A stretch of DNA of 64,000 bases from Octopus vulgaris (taxonomy: Eukaryota): assembly GCA_951406725.2 (NCBI GenBank), contig OX597819.1:106888001-106952000 (forward strand), written 5' to 3'. The notes beneath the pieces are model-generated. The model saw nothing but the letters and a program-made list of their open reading frames with translations, had not been told where the DNA came from and searched no databases. The translations under genes were made by a program, and so were the position numbers. Shown piece after piece: positions 1 to 13,548 of this stretch. Position 1 is the first letter of the stretch. Every line of letters starts with the position of its first letter.

Positions 1-245
1 GCATAGTTAATGACTGGTATATATAATATATTCAATATATTATATAGAATATTCTATATTCTAATTATATGAATATATAGAATATTCAATGACTGGTATG
101 ATATAAAAGTACAATATCACAATCAGTGTTCCACTCTATCCTTCAGTATATCCTGAAGGGTAAGATATATTCATTTTTTAATTATTTCCCCTAATACATA
201 TGTGTGTATAACTTTGTGTGTTTTTTATGCATTTATATATACACA

Positions 246-298
<53 letters not shown>

Positions 299-302
<4 letters not shown>

Positions 303-1170
303 GGTCGCCCATGAATAATGCTGTTTATGTACTTTTATTTTTCAAAATTAAGACAAAGTTCTTTTTTTAATCTAAAATATACTCTCCTTCATTTTCTACA
401 ATGCTCTTTCATCTATCTGTTAGAAATGCAAGGCTCCTCTTCCAAAATTCACTTGCCCGTGACGAAAATCAATCTTCCAGTAGTGTTCTAACCTCGTCTA
501 CAGAATTCATACTTTTTCGTCCAAATGATTTAGAAGAATGCGGAATAAATTATAATCAGATAGGGCAAGGTCTGTCTAATATAGTGAGTAGCGCTTCGTT
601 TTGGAACTTAATCCTCGCAGTATGTGCCCGAGAATTATCCTAATGAAAGAACACCTTTCGTCTTGAAACCAAAGATGGTTGTCTTTCTTTTAGCGTGACT
701 TGAATGAGTGGTTGAATAACGAAATTCAAGTTTCTCTGCTAGTTCCTCAACATTTATGATGGGATTTTGCTCCACCTGGATTTGCAGGACGTCTTTGATG
801 TGTTCTACAGATCTTCTAGGACGAAGATCTTCTTCTAGGCAGTAGTTTCGGGCTCGGATTTTCTAAAGCCACAGTTGAGACTCGCTAACGTTTATTGTCC
901 GATCCCCTAATACTGCATTAATATTCTTCTTGCTTTCCGTTGCGTTGCTGTCTTTATTGAATTCATAAAGCCAAATATGCCGAATATACTCATTTGTCAC
1001 TTCCATTATCGCTTTGAAAAAATAACGGTTAAAATTGAACTGCACTCTTCAAAACTTGTACTAAGAATAAGCCCACGGTAAAATTTCTACTTGCTTTTAT
1101 AGCAAATTGATGCAGATAGTTTATCCGTTCCCCTCTGAATTTTATTTCATGCAATTGGTGAAACTGTCTA
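299..1170 (-). mobile_element. Degraded mariner (Mos1-like) DNA transposon
   Basis: ORF 863..1045(-) MEVTNEYIRHIWLYEFNKDSNATESKKNINAVLGDRTINVSESQLW matches the mariner N-terminal HTH pattern. TIR-like TGGGTCGCCCATGAATAATGC lies directly after the (TA)n tract at ~300. The remainder is broken by stops and frameshifts. Confidence 0.75.
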
Positions 1171-1499
1171 ATTTATGATATGAGAATGGTAGCGGTTTAA
1201 CGTGGTTCTCAAAGAGATTCAGTGTGACATACAGTGTGATATGTCTGGCCCGTTGAAATGCATGTAACACTCATTTTTGCCATCTGAGTAGACAACGCAA
1301 AATAGTGTTTGATTTAAAGAAAAAAAAATGTACCGCCAGAAAAGGGAACTCACGATCTTACGATCATGAACCAAATATCCTACCTATGTGCCTTCACAAT
1401 ATATGCAGATATGCATACACAGGCACAGACAAGCACACGTAATCACGCACACAAAAACACACACACGCGCAGATAAACAGACAGATAGCTACATAGCTA

Positions 1500-1640
1500 A
1501 CTATCTATCTAGCTAGATAGATAGAGAGACACAGATAGATAGACACAGATAGATAGAGAGACACAGATAGATAGACCGATAGATAGATAGATTGATATAG
1601 AGATAGATAGATAGATAAATAGATAGATACATAGATAGAT
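1500..1640. repeat. (AGAT)n microsatellite, imperfect
   Basis: Direct reading of tandem AGAT units. Confidence 0.9.
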
Positions 1641-3068
1641 AATCTAAGTAAGGAATGTTGCATTTCGGGAAGGGTAAGTTTGATTCTACCGATCTCAGTA
1701 TTTAACTGGCGCTATATTTTATCAGAAGATTGAAAACTCATTTCATATCAGGCTTATCCTCAATCACAACGTAACGGTTGGAGATTAAATACAACCAGTT
1801 CCGCGAAGACCGAAAGATAGACATCTGGTGGGGGGTGTATGTGTGTGTGTATTTGTATGCTTTTTCGCGTGCGTATGTATCTGTGCCTGTATCGGCGTCT
1901 TAGTGACCACGAAGTCGATAAATTGAACAGAGATTCATTGTGGTATTTAGTCCGGCGAATTATGTTTGCTAAGTACACTATTCAAACGAGGAGTATTATC
2001 AATACATTATACGCCAGACCATGCAATGGGAGTGATAAAATCGACTAGTAACAGTATAGTCGCATTCTGAATCTTAGCTAGTGACTTAATATCAGTATAA
2101 TGATTGTTTGTTTTTACTTAGACGCAAGGACATCGATTTTGATAGGGGTTTCGTCGCTTGCATCGACTATTGGAATTTTCAGGTACTTTCTTTGGTTTAC
2201 AAAGAAATAATGAAAGGCAGTATTAACCGCAACGGAATTTGGACACAGAAAATAAAGAGCAACAAATGATTTTTTTCCGACGCTTCAATGATATTTGCCA
2301 GCTCGCAAACGTAATGACGCCAAATGTATCTTTAAAATGTTTACAATAAAAAGAACATGAATGTTATTTAAACTCTTGTGAATTTGTTTTTAATATTACT
2401 TCTAAATTCAATTAAAAATTAAATAAACCTACATCAAGCAGTTGATCGTACTTTCAAGCTTTGATCCAAAACTACTAGAGAAACAACTGTTATTACTAAT
2501 AATCCTACTACTATTTCTGCTGCCATCAGGCCCAACAGATTCCATTGCATGATGGCGATGGTTAAAGATGTTGAATGGCCAATAAGACTGAGCAATTACT
2601 TTCCTTCTTGATTAAACGTTTACTAATTTTATTCAAGTACTTCTTGGAAAGGAATATGATAGGAAAGAGGAAAATAATGAATTCCCTCAAATTTGCTCAA
2701 ATTGGAAAGTATAAGCTAAGTCAATGTGCATAACTATCAGTTTTAGGCCTCGTGCAAAATATTTGATGTTAAGGGCAGTTCAATATTTATGTGTGCTACC
2801 TTAATGTTAAAAACGTGGTTTCTCTTTCCTAGTTTGAGGACCGTCATTTTATTGTATTTGTTTTTAATATCGCTTTCTGCATTGATCGGGTCTACTTTCT
2901 AATGTCTTCTCAGCCATCACTCTTGTTTGTTTTTTTTGTAATATTTGTTTTGTGTTCTTTAACTGCTGAATTTAAATTATATTATGTTCAACTTTGCCAT
3001 TCATCTGAATAATTTCGACCCAAAAGTTTAAACTGTGTGCCTTGTTTTCTGAAACAATTATTATTCAA

Positions 3069-3277
3069 GGCGGTAAGATGACAGAATATATAGACCGTTA
3101 GACAAAATAGCGGCATTTCTTCAGACTTTTTAGTCCTAAGCGCAAATCAAACCGCGCTCAACTTTATCATTCATCTTTGAGATATATAGAGTATCAGTTG
3201 AGCACTTGGATCGATGTAGTCGACTTCCCTTTCTCTTAAAATCGCTAGCTTTGCACCAAAATTTGAAACCATTATTA
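3069..3277 (+). mobile_element. Old tRNA-derived SINE (family A)
   Basis: Diverged match to the better copies at 42284 and 59297: GGCGGTAAGATGACAGAA head, ACTTT..CATTCATC central part, GATCGATGTAGTCGACT, and a CCAAAATTTGAAACC tail. Confidence 0.7.
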
Positions 3278-3329
3278 TCATTTCTATACTAATATTTTTG
3301 CATACTTTCATAAAAGAATCAAGAAAAAC

Positions 3330-4500
3330 TTCATTAATTTTTTTCCTGTTTCGGTTGTACTTCAAGTGCTCTATATATTAGGCTTTTGGGGTATAATATA
3401 ACAATTTCCATTATTACCTGTGCATAAATCCTCTTGAGTATGCATGTTTTCTAATAACCTCAAACCATGATGTAGAGTTTCATTATTTCCATATTTTATA
3501 TTTCGAAAATTTATTCAGAAATTATAATCTGCTGAAGGTGTTACTTCGGTGATGAGACACTTGTTATTGACAACAATATCTGGTTAGTTGCCTTAACCTC
3601 CACTTCAAAGCGGATTAGCATGCTCCAGGTTATGACTGCTTCGTCATTTTCCGAAAGATTTCCTGATGCGCATTTAAACCACTATTTTTTTTCTGTCAAA
3701 TTTCGTAATACTGGTATAATTTCCAGTATTTGGCTACATGTATTCTCTTTTGACAAAGTCTTAGTATTCAGAGGCGATGCCATTAATTGTCTCGTTCCAG
3801 CTTCCATCGATTTTGCTGCCAATTAATCTGTTCTATTTCATTATATTATTATTGTAGTTTCTTTTGAAAGAATTTAGAATTTTGTATTCCATTCACCTTC
3901 CTGCTCATCATTAATTGGTTCTCCAAATTCGCTATTGTTTTGAACGGATTCTCTAAAATATAGGGCGTTTGTGTATTGTAGTTATATGCATTAATTTTTC
4001 ATTATTCCTTTACTGGATATTTCATAATATTTTTCTAGCAATGAAGGCCCCACTTCTCTAACATCAGAACAAATATAAACTTACGTCGTCGTATTTCTGA
4101 TAGTGTATTCTACACGCAGTTATATTTCCGTTTCTTTCACTCTAATCTTGCTAACTCACTCTAGCTGCTTAAGTATTAATGTATTGCAACTATAATATTC
4201 TTTTCTAAGCTTTACTTATGTTTGCAAGTCATATTCTATGTACTCTCCTTCTTATGCATTTGTAAGTCTGCGCTTGATCTAATTCCGTTATGTATCTTTA
4301 CTTTTTCATCTAACGTTCTATTGGAATTCATTTTTTCTTTCTTCAATGTTTTTTCTAGTGCCGTAATGATTTCTCTTTTAAATTCGCGTAATGTTTAGCA
4401 GTTCCTGATTTCTTCTCACATGCATCTATTAACTTCCGGTCGTCTATATTCATATGTAGATTCTTCTTTTACGGTAGTTATATCTGATTTCAGTTTCATT
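3330..4500 (-). mobile_element. Highly degraded R4/Dong-like (RLE-type) non-LTR retrotransposon
   Basis: Minus-strand remnants occur in the expected order: IDDRKL (RT YMDDLKL-like, ~4430-4450), ITELDQAQTYK, KLRKEYY..LILK, then EVKA..PDIVVNNKCLITEVTP (RLE endonuclease RPD motif, ~3540-3610). Confidence 0.6.
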
Positions 4501-4597
4501 TAAAGTGTTTAAATACTACACCATGCAGAATAGGGGAAGGCAGAATAATATGTATGTATATATATATATATATATATATAAAAATATATACATATAC

Positions 4598-4694
<97 letters not shown>

Positions 4695-6749
4695 ATGTGT
4701 GTATGCATCTATGTATGTATGTATAAAACCTCGCAGTGCCTCCCCTAACTGAGGTTAGTGCAGTTCTTTCTCCACGACCTCTGCACTTAGTGGACCGATA
4801 TTTGTTTATGTAAAATATGAACGATTTAAACTTCTGCGACGGGTATTCGGAGACATCTAAGAATGGTATGGTAGCAATAACATTGAGGCCGTCTTGGTAT
4901 TTCTTACAAAATGGTTAATGCCTAATCGAGAATATACCGCTATCCAAAAATTTTCCGGACAAATATGATAACGAATATATAAGAACTAACTTTGGCACGC
5001 CAGTAGTATGGTGCAATACAACAGTGAGGCGGAGACTAACTCAACTATAAACAACCATAAAAGAAAAAGGGACTGCCCCCACCAACTCAATGACAAGTTG
5101 GCCCGACCACAGCATTGGGGAAAGGAAACGCCATTGCCAAAGCTCTCAATGTGAAAGCTGGCAACAGCATTTCTGGTAGCAACAGTATTAGTAAGAGAGG
5201 TTGAAGCGAACTGGCTGCTGGAGATGGCTCGTTGGAAAACATAGCAAAGGCTCAGCATGATTATTAATAGAAAGATCAAGATAACAACTACGAGGTCGTG
5301 CCTATGAAGATGATGAAATGTACTAAGAAACAAGTGGTAAAATATTGCTACAAAGTCAATAAAGTTCGGCACATAGAAGTAATATGGTACATTAAAAAAA
5401 AAAAGCAAAATACTTCCGAGGCAGCATGTTATACGGAACATTGGGTATAAGATTTTACATTAACAAGTGGTAAGGAATCATGTCAGTGCCTTGGGTAAGA
5501 ATGCGGAGTCCATTCTCGTCCTCTCACAAATAGTCCGACTGGCTGGGGAAGATAAGCGTTTTGTATATGCTGTGAGAAATATTTGATTTCTATAGTATTA
5601 GTTGTGGCGACGAAAATAAGGCAATAATTTTGAAGGTATAAAGGCTAAAGCTCAAAAACAATCCTGACGTGATCGTGCTGTTAGACCTTACTCATTCACT
5701 TTCAGGTTGAAAGGGACAAGATCTTAGCGGCACATATAATATAAAGGCCTTCTGGCTGCAGCAGTAGCAGCAACAACAATAGCAAGTATACTATATATAC
5801 CAATATCAACAGCAAGAGACGCAACAAGAGTATTGGCACCAATAACTGCAGCGACAACAACACTAACAAAACTAGGCATCAGAAAAATCAACGACTGAAC
5901 GTGACATGACATATATACATGGGAAAACATACCTCTCTTCCTCTTAGCGGTAATTGTCCAGACACAACGTCTCTCTAAATCGAGGAAAACATGTCGTAAA
6001 GAGATATTTATCGAAAATATTAGAGGCAGGGTAAGTCGCGACATAGTATTGGGAAGCAGACAAAGTCATCAACTAGGTAGACATCTAACTCACGATTCCT
6101 ACACCATCATATATATCACCACCAGTAACACATTAACGGGTAAACACAAGGACAACGAATAACAACATCAGTAACAACAGCAGCAAAATCAACAGCAATA
6201 ATGGTTAAAGGCAAAAGAAACAGAAACCTTTGGTAAACTTAACTTGCGAATAGAAACAAAAGATTCATAGAGAGTGCACAGAGTGAATCATTTTAGAAGT
6301 ATATCTCCAGAATTCAGACTCATATTATGCTGTTGGAAAAATTGAGAATGAATCTGTTTGCACCTAAAGAGAACATTCTTAGGTAATATGAGTATTTTCT
6401 ATTGTAGAACGGACAATAACATTTTGTAAGTGTCTTTCAAGGATTCCGTCTCAATGATAAGACTTGTACGCCTTTCGTATCTTTTCCTTTCGCCCCACTG
6501 CTCTAAACGCACAAGACGTAGGTCGTATAATGCTTGTGAATTGGATTCATTTTCGAAGCAAGTTTACCTGCCCCTGTGCTATCAAAGTGATTAGCCTTTC
6601 TCGTTATCACTGTAAACCGAAACGTGCACGATCTCGGGAAGTGCTATCTACGAGGAACTTTGTGAAATGTGGTACATTATTAAAGGCACTAGACAATATC
6701 GATAAATTGGAAAGTTTCGAGAAGATGGACCATTGATACTCGGTAACCA

Positions 6750-7400
6750 TCCTCCCTACTACTAGTCCAGGTCCCTTTCTTCAGAGGCTGTATAGTTTCA
6801 ATATGAAGTAACATAAGCTTGCTGGTCAGATTAAAGATCGCCGGTTTTGAATCTCTATCATCAATGTTCTTTGTCGGATTTTCTGAATAAACTAACTATA
6901 TTCCCACAGCCCTGAGAACTGATGTTGTTGATAGATATATCTTTCGGATACTGACGCAGGATTACTTTCAGGATATGCAGACGACGTCAGTGGAGTTAAA
7001 GTCGGACAACAAGCTGAAGATTGTCAGCACACTTCTAAAGAAATGCAAAGGTGTGACAAGAGCAAAGATTAACCCGGATAAACTCGACACATGCAGAACC
7101 GTGTTCCTATCGCCGGGCAGCGTCATAGGGAGGCAGTTAAGCTCCAACATAAAGTAATGATCAAAGTAGATCAGACCTAGGAATGTAATGAATGACTGTA
7201 GCTCTGAGAAGTCGGGCAGAGATCTCTTCGTAAATTGCTGCCATTGCAGTCTCGGCTGAGCATCGTGCCTTGCCTTAGATGGTTTTCTTTCACGATCCAT
7301 TCTAAAGTCACACATTTCATTGGTCAAGTAATCCATTTTCAGCCAACGCTTATTACGAAGAGTGCCCAGAATGCCGTGCTTGGTGGAGCTCGGATATACG
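6750..7400 (-). mobile_element. Degraded Gypsy/Ty3 LTR-retrotransposon pol fragment (RT thumb/RNase H junction)
   Basis: ORF 6968..7531(-) contains EMCDFRM..RKPSKARHDA, LQSFITFLGLIYF and SVLTIFSLLSDFNSTDVVCIS. These resemble the Gypsy EKCEF..GRRPDP, LQSFLGLANYY and VLTS..SL..FNP..DIIVASDAS motifs, but are very decayed. Confidence 0.4.
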
Positions 7401-8685
7401 CTAAAACTACGGCATCTCTGGAAATTCTTGCACGGTGGGCGTGTGTCGTCGTCTTTGACCAGACTTTTTTCCACTGTTCGTTTTCTCTTCATTTTCTCTA
7501 TTTTCCTTTTTAGCCAAGCTCTCACCGACAAATTTTAACTTGAACTTGCAAAAGAAACTATAGATAGAGACATGAATACAGCTGAAAGAAAGCATTTACT
7601 ACTGACACACATGGTAATCCTAGGTTTGTGAGGATTCTTAATTCGTTGTACATGGCCTTCTCTGTGAGGACCCTATCGTCTATAAATCATGCATACAATT
7701 CATTTCTATAGCTTCTCACCTTTTTGTAAAAGGCTGCTGTAATGCTCTCTCATACATCGTCCGAACCGTAAAAGATCAACTTAGCCTAATTCATGCGGAA
7801 TCGACGTAATATAGCACCCGTCAAATACTGGGGTAGATTTAGTCCACTTATTAATACATGATCTCCGAAATTTTGCCACCTTTAATGAAGAAACTAGTGA
7901 TGAGTATGATGTTGCCTTATTATTGTTGCTATTGTAGTTTAATCCAGCTCAGACCTCAACGTGATCTACGATAAAAAGCGATCCAATTTGGGCGATCCTG
8001 TTTTTTTTTTGTTCTTTAACTATACCTATAGTGTTTAATGCGTCCAAATACTCCTTTTTAAAAGCGGTGTACGTTTGGGTACATTTGATTGCTATCTCAA
8101 AAGACTCCAGTAACAGAGTAAAGGCTCCATAGTTGTTTTATGATGTTGATTGGTGTGGAGTGTTGATAAGAGTATTGGTGATGATGACGGGGTGGATTTC
8201 AGAAGAACAATAGTGGTAGGAGGAACACATGGAAGTCTAAGGAGAAGAAAAATGTGGAGACCTCAACTATGTTTTCTATATCATTAAACATTCTCTAATT
8301 CAGTTAATTATATTCTTGTCAACTCCAATACGGTGCTAACACCGCAGTACTGCAAAATCAAGAGCTTGCATTCATGTCTCTTCATAGTTTTCTTTGACTG
8401 GTGTAACATATAACATAACGAACGAAGAGGTGAAGATGTGTACAGGAAATTGCATTTATTTTACTTTATTTTATATCAAGCAATTATAGATACGTATTTA
8501 GTGCACTTGCGGAGACTTAATTATTCACTGCATTTCAGGTACGAAAAGTCTGCAACAGACGGACGGAATTTATACCACAACGTACATGTAATCGACACAC
8601 CGATTTATATGCAAATTTAGAGGAATTTCATGCCGTGTTTATGTGCGTTTGTGTATGTGTATGTGTGTATGTGTTTATGTGTGTG

Positions 8686-8754
<69 letters not shown>

Positions 8755-9622
8755 ACATATATATATATAGATGTGATATATGGGGCGTTTGGAAGCATCT
8801 ATCTATTCTACCCAAATTTCACTCACACATTACTGGTCATCCCGAGTGCTATATTTAGAAGAAACATGACCAACCTATTGAATTGTGCGCCCGAACGGTG
8901 TGAAACTTGAGCATGTTAACCACATGTTTACGTTTGCATTGCTTTGAATTATGCTTGCTATTAATAGGCATTGAGTACAATAATTTCTCTACGTGTTAAA
9001 ATATGATTGACGTTTTCAAAAGCTCTTTATTGCCTTGTGATATTTACTTTATTTTCTGTTGATATATTTCATTTCGCCGATATGATCTTTTTATCTCTCC
9101 GAAGGTTTGATGACGTAGGAACCACATGAATAAATATAATTCGAATATTCACCCTACTCTCAAATATTCGTGGTCTTGGAACTATCTATCTTACAAAACA
9201 TTACTAAACACAGAGGAGTCCGTCTTTTAATTTAGATATGACCATTAACTACAAAGACAATTTATTCCAAACAATAATCATAAAAATGAAATTTCATAAA
9301 ACGTTTATCTATTCTAAACACTTTTCGTTTTAAATATACGAATTTACGTCCCTGTCATATGACTTGATTAAATCGGGATTACATTCTAAATTAATTACAT
9401 ACAGAAGATTCGTCGTAGGCGAAAAGAAATAATAATATGAAGATATATCCGCCCTTCTTTTATTGATTGTATCGTTTATAGCGAAATATCGATCTGCGTC
9501 ACCAGACCTCTACTACCTGATCATTGACAAATATGCAATAGAATTTGTATCCTTGTCCAGGTCGTAGAAGTCAAAAAAATATACTGTATAATACCAGCAG
9601 AAAATACAAGAAAAAGACAATT

Positions 9623-9655
<33 letters not shown>

Positions 9656-9688
9656 TAGGTATAAATATTTATATGTGCATGTACATAT

Positions 9689-9734
<46 letters not shown>

Positions 9735-10274
9735 GCATGTATAAATATGTATATGTGCATATACATATATGTATGTATGTGTATGTATATATGTACATAT
9801 GTACAAGTACATATATGTATACACATGTTAGTGCGTGTATGTGTGTATGTGTGCGTATGGGTGTGTGCGTGTGTGTATCTGTTTGTATGTGCTTGAAATG
9901 ATGATCATGTTTATTTTCGACATAATCGTTCACAAACGGTACTGCAGTTTTTAAACCCCATATGGTTAAAATATGCTCTCATTATGAGGGAGGACATTGC
10001 TATATCATTCAATATTGCATGTTATATTTGTTTCGTATTTTTCTTTATTAGTGAGAATATATTTGTAATTTTGTACCTCACAAATTTATTTTTCGTTTAA
10101 AGTCGACCGATATGCTGGTTTGTTGACCAGGAAACTGAAATGACTGAATGACTGGCGTAAGAATGTCTACTGAAAGTGGACTAATCCTGTATTTGTCTAC
10201 TTTAAGCTGCTTAACTTTTCATCAAATCATAACTGTGCTCTTCGTTATGATATAACTGCACCAGGAGAGTTAGA

Positions 10275-11429
10275 TCATACTTCTGAGTACCTAGTAGCCT
10301 GGGTTGACACCAGCTGCAATTGGCCGACATCTGTAGCAATGAAAGATCTGAAAAATATTCTGATGAATGTCTCTCTAAACTGTTTACTCATTGTACAATA
10401 CAATACGAAGTTGATGCCGTTGTTAATGAGTGTGAGAATATCAAGGGTATCTCCCAAATATATGTAGTAATTCTTGAAGAAAGAGTTAAATGTTCCAATC
10501 AAAATAAATATACCATGTGGGGTTTCTGTTATAAGGAACAGCACTACAACTGTCAGTAACATCTTGGTAGTTCGATTAGTTTTCCTTTCTCGACCGCTAT
10601 CGTCATCTGTTCTGCCACTTCGACTTAACAGCCTCTTCCGTCTTATCTCGACCTCTTGCATGGTTTTCACAAGTAATATACTCAAAATTGTCAAGAGTAA
10701 GCTTGGTAACAGCTTAAGGATAAATGCATGCACCCAAAAGTTCATCTTCTTGAGAATTCTCTCAGCTTCATTATTCTCCCTGAAATCAACATACCACATT
10801 GTTGAATTATGTCCTGCATTGCACTTGATTTCTAACGTTGCACTATTAGGAACACATACTATAGTGGTAACTACGGTCACTAGAATTACTGCCAGTTTAG
10901 CTCTTGGTATACTGCACAAATAGGTGCCTTTGCGTGGATACCTAATGAAAATGTACCGGAATAGAGCCAATGTAACTGTCAACCAAATTGAAATGGAATG
11001 TACAACAACGCTACATACAGCGTAGGCAAATAAAAAGCGGGCATCACCAATACTGTCACGACTCTCCGGAGAATCTGGTCCATAGATGACATAATTGTTT
11101 AAAGCAAATGGGAAGTAGAGTGCCATTGTAAGTCCATCGCTAATGGCCAGTCCAGTCAGGATTATATTTGACGGAGAAATCATGTTTTTTCTTGTCAATA
11201 CAATAATGTTGAGAATATTCGTGATGACTCCAAATATGCAAACGATGGAAGCTACGTAGCCATGAATGCCTGCGTACCAGTAGTGGTAAGCCATTAATAA
11301 ATTATTTGTATCAAGAGGTAATTCATCTTCTGTTATGTTAGTGGCATTATCATAGAAAAGGATCTGCGTTGAATTATCTTCACTAAACATGTCTGATGGA
11401 TACATCGGAGAATGTGTTATGGCCGACAT
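10275..11429 (-). CDS. Class A (rhodopsin-like) neuropeptide GPCR, myosuppressin/DmsR/FMRFamide/sex-peptide-receptor-like; ~384 aa, single coding exon
   Basis: Uninterrupted ORF with 7 hydrophobic segments. Motifs: TM1 GIHGYVASIVCIFGVITNILNIIVLTRKNM, TM2 LAISD, TM3 HSISIWLTVTLALFRY (DRY position = FRY), TM5 KLLPSLLLTILS, TM6 RTTKMLLTVVVLFLITETP, TM7 INNGINFVLYCTMSKQFRETF. N-terminal N-glycosylation sequons NST, NAT, NIT. The first in-frame ATG (MSAITH) is at 11427-11429; the ORF-track start at 11465 is a GTG. Confidence 0.93.
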   Translation of the reverse strand: MSAITHSPMYPSDMFSEDNSTQILFYDNATNITEDELPLDTNNLLMAYHYWYAGIHGYVASIVCIFGVITNILNIIVLTRKNMISPSNIILTGLAISDGLTMALYFPFALNNYVIYGPDSPESRDSIGDARFLFAYAVCSVVVHSISIWLTVTLALFRYIFIRYPRKGTYLCSIPRAKLAVILVTVVTTIVCVPNSATLEIKCNAGHNSTMWYVDFRENNEAERILKKMNFWVHAFILKLLPSLLLTILSILLVKTMQEVEIRRKRLLSRSGRTDDDSGRERKTNRTTKMLLTVVVLFLITETPHGIFILIGTFNSFFKNYYIYLGDTLDILTLINNGINFVLYCTMSKQFRETFIRIFFRSFIATDVGQLQLVSTQATRYSEV

Positions 11430-11618
11430 AATTTCTTGATGGATGTTTTTTCTTAGAGTTATCACGCTTCTATCTCTTTCCTAATTTTCTTCGTGTCGCC
11501 AACAAACTTTTCTCTTTTCTTTTGGATATTTATATAAATACCAAGTTATTTTGCGATATATTTCCATGTGCAGAATGTCATATTGGCTGGAGGTTTTTAC
11601 TTGCTTTCATCAAGATAA

Positions 11619-11642
11619 CTGAAAAATATAAATAGAACAAAC
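11619..11642 (-). promoter_or_regulatory. Probable 3' splice acceptor for the GPCR coding exon (5'UTR intron)
   Basis: Minus strand reads TTGTTCTATTTATATTTTTCAG|TTATC, a pyrimidine tract plus AG about 190 nt upstream of the ATG. Confidence 0.55.
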
Positions 11643-12313
11643 ATAAGTTGTGTTAATTGATATAATAGTTTCTGAAAGTAGCAGAAAATCACATATTTTA
11701 AGCAAGAAGGATAATAAAAAATATCGATCAAATACATGTATAATACTTTACTTTTTCTTTTCAGCTGTGTAACAATAGATAGAAATAGACAGGCTACATG
11801 ATTTCAATCTAGAACGTTAAATGATGTAAGACTATATCACACATATTTGAGTCGACACTCTTTCGATTCTGCTCATCCATTTTACTTGACTACATGAGGT
11901 AATGGAAGCAGAAGAATAAATAATAGAAAAATATATGCTACGTATTATTCAATATTTAAAATAAAATTTCAAAATGCTTGGAATTTATTTCTCCATGATA
12001 TAACAAACACAGTTATCTGTTGCGTACATGCAATTCTCTAATTATTTATATATCTCGTTATTCACTGGAATGCATACATGCTGGTGAGTCGTGGTCAAAC
12101 ACACACACACAAACACACACATACACAAACACACACACACACACTCACATAATGGCACGCACACACGCATACATAAATATATACAGACTGAGAGAGAGAG
12201 AGAGGTAATGTATGTAGTATGAATATATATAAATACATAGGCACACAATTTTTATAATTATATATATATATAATATATAATATATAATATATAATATATA
12301 TATATAATATAAG

Positions 12314-13502
12314 GGTCGATCACAAGATCCTATTGAAAAAACTATCCAACATTGGTGTCTCTGGAAAGTTACTGAAATGGATCAAGTGTTTCCTCACAGA
12401 CAGATCTCAAAATGTTGTAGTTGAAGGGGTAAAATCAAGCCCAGCCAAAGTCAGTAGTGGTGTTCCGCAAGGCACTGTGCTGGGCCCATTTCTTTTCATC
12501 ATCTACATTAATGACATTAATGACATCATCAAGCACAGCAACATACAAATCTTTGCAGATGATTCCAAGCTACAGAAGGTCATAAATGAGGCGAGTGACC
12601 GGACATGCCTTCAGTCAGATCTACTGGCTGTTATCCAATGGGCAGAAAAAAACAATATGCTGCTGAACGAGGATAAATTTGAGTTAATCCACTTTGGAAA
12701 AGAGGATGCCCTGAAACTCCCATACACCCTTCCTTCAGGTGAAACTCTCGCGGCGTCCAACAACATCAGAGACTTGGGAGTAATTGTGGACAACAACATA
12801 AGCTGGGCCACTCATATAAACACCAAAGTGGACATGGCCCGCAGAATGTGTTCCTGGATTCTCAGAATTTCCAGTCGACAGATATCCACATCATTATCCT
12901 TCTCTTCTCCACTTTTGCCCGACCCCACCTTGAATACTGTTGTCCACTGTGGTCTCCCTACACAATACAAAGTATCATAAAAGTTGAAGCACCTCAAAGG
13001 GCAATCACAAAAAAGATAGATGGCATGACAGGCCTCGACTATTGGGGTCGACTAGAAAAGCTAAAACTTTATTCTCTCCAACGTCGTCGTGAGCGCTACA
13101 TCATCTGCATGATGTGGAAAATATTCCATCAGCATTGCCCAAATGATGTTGGCATCACCTTTAAGGTACATCCAAGGCTTGGGCCCCGTGCCATCCGCCC
13201 AAAACAAAAATCGCACTCTCATCTCATAACAACAATACGGCACAATTATTTCACCTCAATTGGCCCCGCTCTCTTTAACATTACACCAAAACACATTAAA
13301 ACAGAAACTGACCCTATAGGGTTCAAGAAGTCTTTGGACAGATTCCTTCAAGAAATCCCGTATAAACCCCTTACACCCGGATATGTCTCTGTAAACAATT
13401 ACTCTCTACTTGAGTGGGCCATAGTGCCCAAATTCTGACTTGAAAGACTTCACCAGGTGGTGCTATTAAGTTAGACATGGCCTGGGCCAATAATGGCCGA
13501 AA

Positions 13503-13504
<2 letters not shown>
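12314..13504 (+). mobile_element. 5'-truncated CR1/L2-group LINE (RT C-terminal half and 3' end), relatively young
   Basis: ORF 12333..12980 has SGVPQGTVLGPFLFIIYIND, IFADDSKL and RDLGVIVD. One frameshift near 12870 leads into ORF 12848..13438 (RPHLEYCCPLWSPY, LKLYSLQRRRERY, FKKSLDRFL). Flanked on both sides by TA-rich microsatellite. Confidence 0.92.

Positions 13505-13548
<44 letters not shown>

Noticed and set aside
4496-4748. ORFs rich in YI/IY, CV, HT, MYVC repeats (also at 8635, 9521, 22708, 31365, 35143, 40743, 44097, 46360, 50081, 59009 etc.)
   Set aside because: Translations of (TA)n, (CA)n and (ACAT)n microsatellites, not genes.
4986-6044. 151-aa and 106-aa hydrophobic minus-strand ORFs
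   Set aside because: Antisense to A/CAA/GCA-rich low-complexity sequence, with no recognisable domain or splice structure.
10320-10923. Plus-strand ORFs of 79 and 149 aa
   Set aside because: Antisense shadows of the GPCR CDS.
13480-13505. GGCC-aataat-GGCC-GAAAC at the LINE 3' end resembling hammerhead stem II + GAAAC
   Set aside because: No CUGANGA core or stems I/III. More likely the LINE's 3' stem-loop.
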